A stretch of DNA of 64,000 nt, from positions 1 to 64,000 of the forward strand of contig JAKSOL010000001.1 of assembly GCA_024405635.1 (NCBI GenBank), written 5' to 3'. This DNA is from Salinivirgaceae bacterium (lineage in GTDB: Bacteria; Bacteroidota; Bacteroidia; Bacteroidales; SZUA-534). The first letter of the stretch is position 1, and each line of letters begins with the position of its first letter. The translations under genes were made by a program, and so were the position numbers. The notes under the pieces were generated by a model that saw only the letters and a program-made list of their open reading frames with translations, did not search any database and had not been told where the DNA came from. This document shows positions 39,414 through 49,010 of this stretch, one piece after another.

Positions 39414-41258
39414 ATGTGTGGGATTGTTGGTATATATTGCAATAACTCAATTAATTACGAGGTCCAACTTGGACAAATGATGGACTCAATTGTTCATCGT
39501 GGACCTGATGCTGCTGGCCAATATGTTGGTAAAAAAGTGTTGCTGGGGCACCGTAGGTTGAGTATTATCGACCTTTCTGATCGCGCAAATCAGCCGATGT
39601 TTTCTCATTCTGGGCGCACTGTTATGGTTTTTAATGGTGAGGTTTATAATTATCGTGAAATTGCTTCGCAACTCAACATAAGCACAAATACACATTCTGA
39701 TTCAGAGGTCATAGTTGAAGCTTTTGAGCAACTTGGGCCAGATTTTGTAAAAATGCTCAATGGAATGTTTTCAATAGTGTTTTGCGATGTTGAAACCCAA
39801 CGTCTTTTTTTCTTCCGCGATCGTTTGGGTGTAAAACCTCTGTTTTATTATCAGCAAAATGGAGTTTTTGCTTTTGCATCAGAATTGAAGGCGATTGAAA
39901 AATTGTCTGATTTTCAGTGTAATAAATCAATAAACAAATCGGCAGTTGGACAGTTTTTGCACTTGGGTTACATTCCTCAACCTAATACTATATATAATAA
40001 TGTGTATAAGTTTCCACAAGGTTGTTGGGCAGAGTATGATGGCTCCGATTTACATGTACACAACTATTGGTCGCTGAATGATTTTGTTGATAATCCAGTA
40101 TTTACAAGTGAAACGCCAGCGCTTGATTATCTGCAAGAGTTGATTGAGAGTTCGGTGTCATATAGGTTGATTGCTGATGTGCCTTTTGGCACTTTTTTGA
40201 GCGGAGGTATTGACAGTTCTTTGGTGACTGCGGTGGCCAATAAGGTATCTGGTGGTGGGTTGAATACTTTTTCAATAGGTTTTGATGATGCTAAGCACGA
40301 TGAGTCAGAAAAAGCTCGTGCAGTAGCAAAGGCATTGGGTACTAATCATCATGAATATCGAATGACTCGCCATGATGCTATTGATCAAATTGCCGACATG
40401 TTTTCTTATTACGACGAGCCGTATGCCGATTCGTCGGCTTTGCCAAGTATGTTAGTTTCAAAAATGGCTCGTCAACAGGTTACTATGGTTCTTACCGGCG
40501 ATGGTGGCGACGAGTTGTTTATGGGTTATGGCATGTATAATTGGGCTCAAAGGTTGCAAAATCCATTGGCGCGCACTTTAAGAAAACCGATTTATTTGGC
40601 ATCGAAACTATTGAACGATAGGTGGAAACGCATAGGCTTAATGTTTGATTGGCAAAAAGACGATTTTCTTCCGTCGCATATTTTTTCGCAAGAGCAGTAT
40701 TTATTCTCAGCAAACGATTTGCAACGATTTGTTGGCAATAAACCTGATGTGACGGCAATGGTTAAGGGGTTGTCGGAGGTTGATCATTTGACGGCTGCTG
40801 AGCTGCAGTCGGTTTTTGATATGCTATATTATTTGCCAGACGATTTGTTGACAAAAGTAGATAGGGCATCGATGCGTTATTCGCTAGAGTCGAGAGTGCC
40901 GTTGCTTGATTATCGTGTTGTTGAGTTTGCGGCAGGGGTACCGGTTAATATGAAAATACGCAACGGAGAGCAGAAGTATCTTCTTAAACAATTGCTGTAT
41001 AGGTATTTGCCTAAAGAATTGTTTAATGCTCCAAAGTGGGGGTTCAGCGTTCCTTTGGCCGATTGGTTACTTAATGAATTGCTGCCTTTACGTGAAAAGT
41101 ATTTGAATCGAGATTTAGTAGAATCGGCTGGTTTAGTCGATTATAGTAGTGTAGAGGAAATGTGTAGCAGGTTTTATTTCGAAGGACAACGCCATTTGTA
41201 TAATCGCGTTTGGGCGTTGATTTGTTTGCATCAGTGGTATGCAAATAGAATGATGTAG
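39414..41258 (+). CDS. asnB: Asparagine synthase-type glutamine amidotransferase
   Basis: MCGIVG, HRGPD, RLSIID, FNGEVYN, LSGGIDSS, GDGGDELF. Confidence 0.93.
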   Translation: MCGIVGIYCNNSINYEVQLGQMMDSIVHRGPDAAGQYVGKKVLLGHRRLSIIDLSDRANQPMFSHSGRTVMVFNGEVYNYREIASQLNISTNTHSDSEVIVEAFEQLGPDFVKMLNGMFSIVFCDVETQRLFFFRDRLGVKPLFYYQQNGVFAFASELKAIEKLSDFQCNKSINKSAVGQFLHLGYIPQPNTIYNNVYKFPQGCWAEYDGSDLHVHNYWSLNDFVDNPVFTSETPALDYLQELIESSVSYRLIADVPFGTFLSGGIDSSLVTAVANKVSGGGLNTFSIGFDDAKHDESEKARAVAKALGTNHHEYRMTRHDAIDQIADMFSYYDEPYADSSALPSMLVSKMARQQVTMVLTGDGGDELFMGYGMYNWAQRLQNPLARTLRKPIYLASKLLNDRWKRIGLMFDWQKDDFLPSHIFSQEQYLFSANDLQRFVGNKPDVTAMVKGLSEVDHLTAAELQSVFDMLYYLPDDLLTKVDRASMRYSLESRVPLLDYRVVEFAAGVPVNMKIRNGEQKYLLKQLLYRYLPKELFNAPKWGFSVPLADWLLNELLPLREKYLNRDLVESAGLVDYSSVEEMCSRFYFEGQRHLYNRVWALICLHQWYANRMM

Positions 41259-41610
41259 TTTTCATTTTTTTCTTTTCCCCTTTTTTAGTGCGCGCGTAAT
41301 GTGTTGTACTTCAATTATTTGTGCACTATACTTTTCGGTGAGATGCTTTGATTTTGTGGTTTAAAGAGCCGCAAGTGGTGTTTTTGTGTCTGTTTGCGTG
41401 TTAGTAACTTTGTTAATATCGTGTTTATTGTAAGGATTGTCAAACGTTTTATTTGTGTTGAGTTTTTGTTTAGTAATAGTTATGATTTTTGCGCTGATTT
41501 TGTTGCAAATATTCAAGTTCTTGAAAAACAATTACTTTTTTGCTGCGAATGACTTGCATTTTTGATTGATGGCGCATATCTTCGTGCCGTTTTTTCAAAA
41601 CAATTTTTAT

Positions 41611-42324
41611 ATGCCATACAGAAGACTTCCAAATACGGATAGGGCACGTTTGCGTGCTATGAAAACTGCACTTTCAAAATCAGAGCGATTGTTGCCAATG
41701 GATTTGCCATATAGTCCAAATACATTGCAGGATTTGAGGAATTTTGTTCCAGAATTTGAGCAAGCAATGCTTATGCAGCGTGATGTGTTTGAACGTCAAA
41801 CTTCAAAAACACAGAAACATCAAGAAAGTTTTCGTTCTGCTCGTTTGTATGTGTCGCACTTTATTCAAGTGTTGAATATGGCTATTGCGCGTGGTGAAAT
41901 GAAACCTTCAACTCGAAAATTGTTTGGTTTGCCCGAAGATGAGAATAAACTTCCGCAGCTAAATACAGAGCAAGATGTGATAGAGTGGGGCGAAAAAATT
42001 ATTAACGGAGAGCAAAGTCGCACTGCAATGGGTGAGCCGCCTATTACCAATCCAAATATTGCGCGTGTTAAGGTTCATTATGAAAATTTTGTTCGCATTA
42101 ATATTCAGCAAAAAGGTCTGCAAGATTCAAATTCAAAAGCTTTGGCTCGTATTTCTGATTTGCGTAGTAAGGCGGATGGTATTATCCTTACTCTTTGGAA
42201 TGAGATAGAAGAGCATTATTCTGAAAATCTACCTGATACTAAGCGCGAAAAATGTAGTGAATATGGTATTTCGTATGTTTTTCGCAAGTACGAAAAAATG
42301 GAGTTCGCAAATTTGAAGTTGTAA
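41611..42324 (+). CDS. Conserved Bacteroidota hypothetical protein
   Basis: MPYRRLPNTD.AR, ARLYVSHFIQV, LWNEIE...YG..Y. Confidence 0.8.
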   Translation: MPYRRLPNTDRARLRAMKTALSKSERLLPMDLPYSPNTLQDLRNFVPEFEQAMLMQRDVFERQTSKTQKHQESFRSARLYVSHFIQVLNMAIARGEMKPSTRKLFGLPEDENKLPQLNTEQDVIEWGEKIINGEQSRTAMGEPPITNPNIARVKVHYENFVRINIQQKGLQDSNSKALARISDLRSKADGIILTLWNEIEEHYSENLPDTKREKCSEYGISYVFRKYEKMEFANLKL

Positions 42325-42327
42325 TAT

Positions 42328-42355
42328 AAAGCCAACCACAAGGTTGGCTTTTTTT
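42328..42355. terminator. Intrinsic terminator between convergent genes
   Basis: AAAGCCAACC ACAA GGTTGGCTTTTTTT. Confidence 0.85.
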
Positions 42356-42368
42356 GTCTTAAGAGGGG

Positions 42369-43172
42369 TTATTTGACCAGCTCGCTAAGCGCGTCTTTTA
42401 AAAATTTCAACTCAAAACCTTTAGGCTCAATTATTCTTTTAAGTAACGATTGGAAGGTATATGCTACTCCGCCAACAAATCCTAAGTTTGTCGATTTGCT
42501 TTTTAATTCGGCAATGTGGTGGTTGTAGAATAATGTGAAAGAGTTGTATAATAAATCGTTGATAAACTGATTGTTGCAATTTTGCGCCATAAAAGGTACA
42601 AAACTTGCCATATATGCGTTGGGTTGTTGCGCGGCATAAACGTTACGTATTAAATCAGTTGTTGATAAGTTGTATTGTTCAAAAAATAGTTCTGATATTT
42701 CAGTTGGGCATTGTTGTCGAACTATGCTACGTATAAGTTCGCGGCCTAAATATGCGCCACTGCCTTCATCGCCGAGTAAATAGCCAAGAGATGGTGATTG
42801 GTTTTCTATTTCGTTTCCATTGTAAAGTCCTGCTGATGCGCCTGTGCCTAAAATAGCCGCAAGTCCGCTTTGTGTGTTCCAAAGCGCAAATCCCGCAGCT
42901 TCAAGATCGGAGGTGACGCGAATGTTGTTGGTTGTAAAAACAGAAGCAAGTGACTTTTTTACTAATTGTTGGTTTGCGGAGTTGCCGCAGCCAGCCCCAT
43001 AATATATTATTGAGTCGGGCTCGTTGGGCAATTTGTTTTCAACTTCGCGAGCAAGCTTTATAAGATTGTCAATGTGAGCAGTGTTGGGCGAAAATCCTGT
43101 GGTTGTTATTATGTTTTTTTGCGATGTTGCCCATTTGCATTTTGTTCCGCCTGCTTCAATAATAAGTTTCAT
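42369..43172 (-). CDS. BadF/BadG-type sugar kinase (GlcNAc kinase-like)
   Basis: EAGGTK, YYGAGC, ILGTGA, GYLLGDEGSGA. Confidence 0.85.
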   Translation of the reverse strand: MKLIIEAGGTKCKWATSQKNIITTTGFSPNTAHIDNLIKLAREVENKLPNEPDSIIYYGAGCGNSANQQLVKKSLASVFTTNNIRVTSDLEAAGFALWNTQSGLAAILGTGASAGLYNGNEIENQSPSLGYLLGDEGSGAYLGRELIRSIVRQQCPTEISELFFEQYNLSTTDLIRNVYAAQQPNAYMASFVPFMAQNCNNQFINDLLYNSFTLFYNHHIAELKSKSTNLGFVGGVAYTFQSLLKRIIEPKGFELKFLKDALSELVK

Positions 43173-43346
43173 CTCTTTTGCTTTTGGGCAAAGTTATTCA
43201 AAGTCGTTGTTTTGTCTAAACAAATATTTGTTGTTGATGGTGTTAGTGGCTTTTATGATATAAAAGTGTGGTAATCAAATAAAAAGATTAGTAATCAATT
43301 AAATTTGGCGCGATTTTTGCTAAATATTAAAGGTTAAATATTCAAT

Positions 43347-44975
43347 ATGCGAACATTTGTTAATTACATCGAAAGTGCCATTGTAAGTAATTGGGATATT
43401 AATGCTCTATCAAATTATAAAGGAGCAACAATGACCTATGGTCAAGTTGGTGAAACTATTAAAAAGATTCATTCGGCCTTTGAACAACTTGGCATAAAAA
43501 AAGGAGATAAAATTGTAATTATTGGGCGCAATACTTCAAGTTGGGCTTGTTCGTTTTTGAGTGTTGTAACTTTTGGAACTGTTTCTGTTCCAATCTTGCA
43601 AGATTTCTCAATTAAAGATATTGAGAACACAGTAAATCATTCGGATTCGGTTTTAATGTTTGTGTCCGATTATATTTATAAAGATTTGGATATTAGCAAG
43701 TTCCCTAATATTCGAGGCTTTATTTCCCTTGACGATTGGAGGGTTTTGAGCGCAATTGATGAAAATGTTAAAACAGTTTTTGCCGACTTTGAAAGCAAAA
43801 CACTTGGGTTAACAGCAAATACTTTTGAGCTAAAAGATATTGCGCACGATGCGTTAGCTACAATAAGTTATACCTCAGGAACATCGGGCCATTCAAAAGG
43901 TGTGATGCTTACACATGGTAACTATGCAACAAATGTTGAATTTGGTACAGAGATGTTCCATTTTAATCCAGGGGATAACATTGTATCAATGTTGCCAATG
44001 GCTCATGCTTATGGTTTGGCTTTTGAATTCCTTACCGAATTTGTTGAAGGTTGTCACGTTACCTTCCTTGTAAAAACGCCAACTCCGCAACTTATACTTC
44101 AGTCATTTGCAGAACTTCATCCGCGTTTGATTGTTGTTGTTCCGTTAATTTTGGAAAAAGTTTACAAATCGAAGGTTAAACCTGCAATAAGTAGTGGGTT
44201 ACCAAAAATACTATTGGCAATTCCTTTGTTGCGCCAAATAGTTTACAAAAAAGTTCGTCGCCAACTCGAATCGGCGTTTGGCGATAATTTTTTTGAGGTA
44301 ATTGTTGGAGGCGCGGCTTTGAACAAAGAGGTTGAAAGTTTTTTGAATAAGATAAAATTCAGATATACAGTTGGTTATGGCATGACCGAGTGCGCGCCAA
44401 TTATTTGTTATTCGCCTTGGAATAGAGTAAAGAAATTTAGTTGCGGTTATCCTATTCGTCGCTGTACAGTTCGCATCGATAGTCCAGATCCACAAAATGT
44501 TGAGGGCGAAATCTTAGTAAAAGGTAGCCAAGTAATGTTGGGTTATTATAAAAATATTGATGCAACAAACGCAACTTTCGACTCAGAGGGTTGGTTGCGT
44601 ACAGGAGACCTTGGTGTTATGGATGCAAATGGATATGTTACAATTAAAGGGCGTAGCAAGAATATGATTCTAGGAGCATCGGGCCAAAATATTTATCCAG
44701 AAGAAATTGAATCGCAAATAAACAATTTGCCATACGTGGCTGAATCGTTGGTTGTTGAGCGACAAGGTAAGTTGCATGCGCTTATTGTTCCTGATATTGA
44801 AAAGGCTGAGCGCGATGGCCTAGATCGTGAAAAGGTTCAAGTTGCAATTGAGCAAAGCCAAAAAGAACTTAATAAACAAATGCCTAACTACATGTCGATT
44901 GCAAAAATCGAATTGCAGAACGAGGAATTTGTAAAAACTCCAAAGAAAAGTATAAAACGATATTTGTATAATTGA
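43347..44975 (+). CDS. Long-chain fatty acid-CoA ligase
   Basis: YTSGTSGHSKG, GYGMTE, GWLRTGDLG, NIYPEEIE. Confidence 0.92.
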   Translation: MRTFVNYIESAIVSNWDINALSNYKGATMTYGQVGETIKKIHSAFEQLGIKKGDKIVIIGRNTSSWACSFLSVVTFGTVSVPILQDFSIKDIENTVNHSDSVLMFVSDYIYKDLDISKFPNIRGFISLDDWRVLSAIDENVKTVFADFESKTLGLTANTFELKDIAHDALATISYTSGTSGHSKGVMLTHGNYATNVEFGTEMFHFNPGDNIVSMLPMAHAYGLAFEFLTEFVEGCHVTFLVKTPTPQLILQSFAELHPRLIVVVPLILEKVYKSKVKPAISSGLPKILLAIPLLRQIVYKKVRRQLESAFGDNFFEVIVGGAALNKEVESFLNKIKFRYTVGYGMTECAPIICYSPWNRVKKFSCGYPIRRCTVRIDSPDPQNVEGEILVKGSQVMLGYYKNIDATNATFDSEGWLRTGDLGVMDANGYVTIKGRSKNMILGASGQNIYPEEIESQINNLPYVAESLVVERQGKLHALIVPDIEKAERDGLDREKVQVAIEQSQKELNKQMPNYMSIAKIELQNEEFVKTPKKSIKRYLYN

Positions 44976-45000
44976 TTTTAGGGTTTTAACGGTGAACAGG

Positions 45001-45037
45001 AGGCTTGATGTCATACGATGTCAAGCCTTTGTTTTTG
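45001..45037 (+). terminator. Intrinsic terminator
   Basis: AGGCTTGA...TCAAGCCT followed by a T-rich tail. Confidence 0.6.
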
Positions 45038-45070
45038 TTGCTCATTCATTATCTTCGCCAATCAAAAAAA

Positions 45071-46087
45071 ATGACATACAAGATGCGAAAACTGCTGACA
45101 TTTTTGGTAGCCATTATGGCGTTGCAAGTTTCGGCACAAAAAAATTTGACACGTGCCGAGTATATTGAAAAATACAAGCAAATAGCAATTGATGAGATGA
45201 ATAGGACAGGCGTGCCTGCAAGTATCTCGTTGGCGCAAGGAATTCTTGAGTCTGGCGATGGAAATAGTACACTCGCACGCAATGCCAATAATCACTTTGG
45301 TATAAAATGTCACGGGTGGCAAGGAGAAACAATTTACCACGACGATGACCGCCCAAATGAATGTTTTCGCTCGTACAAAAATGCTAACGAATCGTATGTT
45401 GATCATTCTGATTTTTTAACCTCACATCAGCGTTACGCGTTCTTATTTGACTATTCTACAACCGATTATAAAAAATGGGCTAACGGTTTAAAAAAAGCAG
45501 GGTATGCAACAAGTAATACCTACGCAACTATGCTCATTAAGATAATTGAAGAAAATAAATTGTATGAATATGATAAACCCAATAAGGCTTTGGCAAAGGC
45601 TGAAACTGATAAAACGAATGGTGTAAAAGATAAAAATGCGTCAAAAACCGACAAAAAAAGCAAATCTAAACGAGGAAAGAAAAACCAAGAAACTAGTGCT
45701 ATAACATATGCAGAATTAGCTCCCGACGAGGCCGAAGTTGCACCATTTGGCGATGTTAGAACCGAAAATAATGTTGATTATGTGCTTGTGCACCGAGGCG
45801 ATGACATGAAATCGATAAGTGAACATTATGGAATTTTAGCTGCGCAAATTTACCGATACAATGATTTGCCAAAAAATACGCCAATAAACGAAGGTGAGCG
45901 TTTGTATATTCAAGCTAAAAAATCAAAGGCTTCTGCGCAATATAGCACACACACAGTTGCTGAGGGAGAAACAATGCTCTCTATTTCGCAGCGTTATGCT
46001 ATAAAATTAAAGAGCCTATACAAAATGAATGGAATGGAGCAAGGAACTCAGCCAAGCGTGGGCGATGTAATTAAGTTGCGAAAGTGA
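45071..46087 (+). CDS. GH73 glucosaminidase with LysM domains
   Basis: PASISLAQGILESG, NNHFGIKC, GYAT; C-terminal LysM repeats. Confidence 0.92.
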   Translation: MTYKMRKLLTFLVAIMALQVSAQKNLTRAEYIEKYKQIAIDEMNRTGVPASISLAQGILESGDGNSTLARNANNHFGIKCHGWQGETIYHDDDRPNECFRSYKNANESYVDHSDFLTSHQRYAFLFDYSTTDYKKWANGLKKAGYATSNTYATMLIKIIEENKLYEYDKPNKALAKAETDKTNGVKDKNASKTDKKSKSKRGKKNQETSAITYAELAPDEAEVAPFGDVRTENNVDYVLVHRGDDMKSISEHYGILAAQIYRYNDLPKNTPINEGERLYIQAKKSKASAQYSTHTVAEGETMLSISQRYAIKLKSLYKMNGMEQGTQPSVGDVIKLRK

Positions 46088-46181
46088 AAAAACACTTGCA
46101 GCCTAAAACATAAATTGCTTATATTGTGCAATTAAAAAGTGAAATAAAATCCTATTTTTGGAGAATACAAAATAGACGAAT

Positions 46182-48143
46182 ATGAATGCACGGTTAACTA
46201 TTTCAAACAAACTTCTCATTGGTTTTGGATCGTTGGTATTAACGGTGATTATCAATGGTTTGGTAACCTATTCTACATCAAATAGTAACAGAAAACTAAA
46301 CGAGGATATTTTAAATATATACAACCCCTCATTGTCATGCGTGCGCGATTGTTATAACATGGTAAACAACTCGCTGATGCTAATAAAAAGTTGGGTGTAT
46401 ATTGAAAAACAATCGGACACCAAAGATAAACGTGCACTTGTTTCTATGCACGATGTGCAATATCCTTCGTTACAGGCAAACTTAAACGAAGTTTCAAAAA
46501 CTTGGAGCCCAGAAGATAGGGCACAATTGCAGTTGGTGCTTAAAGCCATTGGCGACACCTTGTTTGTCAACCACAAATTCATTATGAATAGTTTGAAAAA
46601 CTTTTCAGATTATGACGACCTTATGGTGACATGGGAAATTACACCAATGGTTGAGCAAGGAGGCGTTGTGGTGGAACAAACCGATAGAATTTTGGCACAA
46701 CTAGAGGCATTAACAGCTTCAATATCAAAAGAAACAGAGACGGCCAACCGCAATATGATGGATTCGTTTTTATGGTTCCAAAACTTTGTGTTTGTGTCGT
46801 TGCTAATAATTGTTGCAGTTATTGTGATTGTAACTGTTTTAACTACACGAAGCATTGTGTTGCCATTGAATACCCTTAAAGATTTCTTGGTGTCGATGAC
46901 AAAAGGTGTGCTGCCAAAAGATAAACTAGTTACCGCAAACGATGAGATTGGTGATATGGGAGATGCCTTGAATGGATTTATTGATTCGTTGCGTCGAACT
47001 TCAGAATTTGCAGTTGAAATAGGTAACGGCAAATTTGATTCGGATTACGAGGCTCTTGGCGAAGAAGATACATTAGGTAATGCATTGCTTGATATGCGCC
47101 GCAATCTTCGTGATGCTGATGTTGAAAACCGCAAGCGCAAAGCTGAAGACGATATTAGAAACTGGGAAACAAAAGGTTTGGCAGACTTTGGCGACATATT
47201 GCGCCAAAATTCTAGCGACATGGATTTGTTGGCTAGTAATTTGATGCGCCATTTGATTGACTACTTGGGTGTTAACCAGGGTGCAATTTATATTTTGAAT
47301 AACGATGACTCAACTCATCCATTCTTTGAAATGAAGAGTGCCGTGGCATATAACCGTGAAAAATATTTGCGAACCAACTTTGAAATTAACGAGGGATTAG
47401 TTGGCCGTTGTGCATTTGAAAAATTGCCAGTTTACCTTAAAGAAATACCTCACGAGTATATTGTTTTAACCTCGGGATTGGGTGGTGCAGAACCAAGCCA
47501 ATTATTACTAACCCCACTTATTAAAGATGATGAAGTGCTTGGCGTTATTGAGGTTGCATCGTTTAACGATATTCCATCGTACCAAATTGATTTTATGAAG
47601 ACTTTGGGCGAAAATGTGGCGCTAACCATTTCAAATGTTCGTACAGCTGAGCAAACCGCTAGATTGTATGAAGAATCGAAGATGAAAGGAGAGGAATTGG
47701 CCTCACAAGAAGAAGAATTGCGCCAAAATATGGAAGAGTTGAAGGCTACACAAGAGGAATCAGCTCGTCGTGAGGCTGAACTTCAACTTAACTTTGATGC
47801 ATTGAACAATTCAGTTGTTTCGGCAACAATTGACTACTCGGGTGTTATTCTTAACATCAATGAAATGATTGAGAGGAAAACCAAAAACAAAGTGGTTGAT
47901 TATGTAGGCAAAACGTTTATTGAACGCTTTGTTGATGAGTCTCAACTTAGTGAATTTGAAAATGTATGGAGTGCTGTTTTATCGGGAAAAACAATTTCAA
48001 TTGAGTTGAAAAATCCATTGAGCATATTTTGGTTGCAGCATACTTTAACACCATTAGTTGATTCTTATGGAAATGTTAACAAGGTGCTTGATATCATGAT
48101 AGATGTAACAGCAGAGCATCGTTTGGCCGATTTAGGGTTATAA
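46182..48143 (+). CDS. Membrane sensor (periplasmic domain, HAMP, GAF, coiled coil, PAS) with no evident output domain
   Basis: Two TMs, DEIGDM HAMP, EGLVGRCA GAF, QEEELRQNMEELKATQEE, C-terminal PAS; no H-box, GGDEF or MCP signature seen. Confidence 0.8.
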   Translation: MNARLTISNKLLIGFGSLVLTVIINGLVTYSTSNSNRKLNEDILNIYNPSLSCVRDCYNMVNNSLMLIKSWVYIEKQSDTKDKRALVSMHDVQYPSLQANLNEVSKTWSPEDRAQLQLVLKAIGDTLFVNHKFIMNSLKNFSDYDDLMVTWEITPMVEQGGVVVEQTDRILAQLEALTASISKETETANRNMMDSFLWFQNFVFVSLLIIVAVIVIVTVLTTRSIVLPLNTLKDFLVSMTKGVLPKDKLVTANDEIGDMGDALNGFIDSLRRTSEFAVEIGNGKFDSDYEALGEEDTLGNALLDMRRNLRDADVENRKRKAEDDIRNWETKGLADFGDILRQNSSDMDLLASNLMRHLIDYLGVNQGAIYILNNDDSTHPFFEMKSAVAYNREKYLRTNFEINEGLVGRCAFEKLPVYLKEIPHEYIVLTSGLGGAEPSQLLLTPLIKDDEVLGVIEVASFNDIPSYQIDFMKTLGENVALTISNVRTAEQTARLYEESKMKGEELASQEEELRQNMEELKATQEESARREAELQLNFDALNNSVVSATIDYSGVILNINEMIERKTKNKVVDYVGKTFIERFVDESQLSEFENVWSAVLSGKTISIELKNPLSIFWLQHTLTPLVDSYGNVNKVLDIMIDVTAEHRLADLGL

Positions 48144-48152
48144 TTTGTAATA

Positions 48153-48434
48153 GTGTTGTTCGTGTATAATTTTGATATACCTTGTTTCTATAAAACTTAT
48201 ATAGGAATTGAATGCCCATGGTGTGGCTTTCAGCGGTCGTTACATAAACTTTTGCAAGGTCAATTGTTGGAGAGTCTTCAATTCTTCCCAGCTTTAATAC
48301 CAGTGTTGCTGATGTTTTTGCTTCTTGTGTTGCATCTTTTTTTCAAATTTAAGCGAGGAACAGAAATTTTAGTGTCACTATTCATTTTGAACGTCGTCAT
48401 TATATCAGTTAATTACATTGTAAAACTGATTTAA
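48153..48434 (+). CDS. DUF2752 family membrane protein
   Basis: PC..K...GIECPWCGFQRS. Confidence 0.82.
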   Translation: MLFVYNFDIPCFYKTYIGIECPWCGFQRSLHKLLQGQLLESLQFFPALIPVLLMFLLLVLHLFFKFKRGTEILVSLFILNVVIISVNYIVKLI

Positions 48435-48445
48435 AACGTACAATT

Positions 48446-48859
48446 ATGGAATCAATAGAAATGAATGATCAAATGTCGAATCAAACAATTGCGCCTCGTG
48501 CTGTAAACAAGTCAAGTGTAGCTTTAGTTTTTGGTATCTTGAGTATAGTTTCGTGTTGCTGTATAGGTTTGTTCATTGTAAGCCTTGTTCTGGCTATTTT
48601 AGCAGTGGTGTGGGGAAATGAAGGAGTGAAAGAATACCAAGCAACCCCTGATTTGTATACGTTAGTTTCGTTTAAAAATGCAAAGGCTGCTAAGGTATGT
48701 GGAATAATAGGCTTGTGCTTGTCGGGCACTGTACTGTTTTTTGTAATTGCAATTGTTGTGTTTGCCTTGTCGGTTGCAAGTATAGCTTTAACTTCGATGT
48801 CAGCTATATTTCCTGAAATTATTAGCGAGATAATAAATGAAATAACATCAGCGCTATAA
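48446..48859 (+). CDS. CCC-motif/DUF4190-like membrane protein
   Basis: LVFGILSIVSCCC...A.VCGIIG. Confidence 0.75.
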   Translation: MESIEMNDQMSNQTIAPRAVNKSSVALVFGILSIVSCCCIGLFIVSLVLAILAVVWGNEGVKEYQATPDLYTLVSFKNAKAAKVCGIIGLCLSGTVLFFVIAIVVFALSVASIALTSMSAIFPEIISEIINEITSAL

Positions 48860-48883
48860 ATTAATTAATCGTTATAGATGTTG

Positions 48884-48917
48884 ACGGAATCGATAACAAT
48901 CGGTTCCGTTTTTTTTG
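48884..48917 (+). terminator. Intrinsic terminator
   Basis: ACGGAATCGA...TCGGTTCCGT followed by a T run. Confidence 0.75.
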
Positions 48918-49010
48918 TTTGATCCAAACTGGCAGTCTAATTTCAGCGGAAAGTTGGGCGCTTGTTTTTTGCCTTTATTTCCTACTTTCGCCATCGGCAA
49001 TAGTTGCGCT

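Noticed and set aside
41259-41610. T/G-skewed intergenic stretch as an ncRNA
   Set aside because: Low complexity with only one short imperfect stem; no convincing structure.
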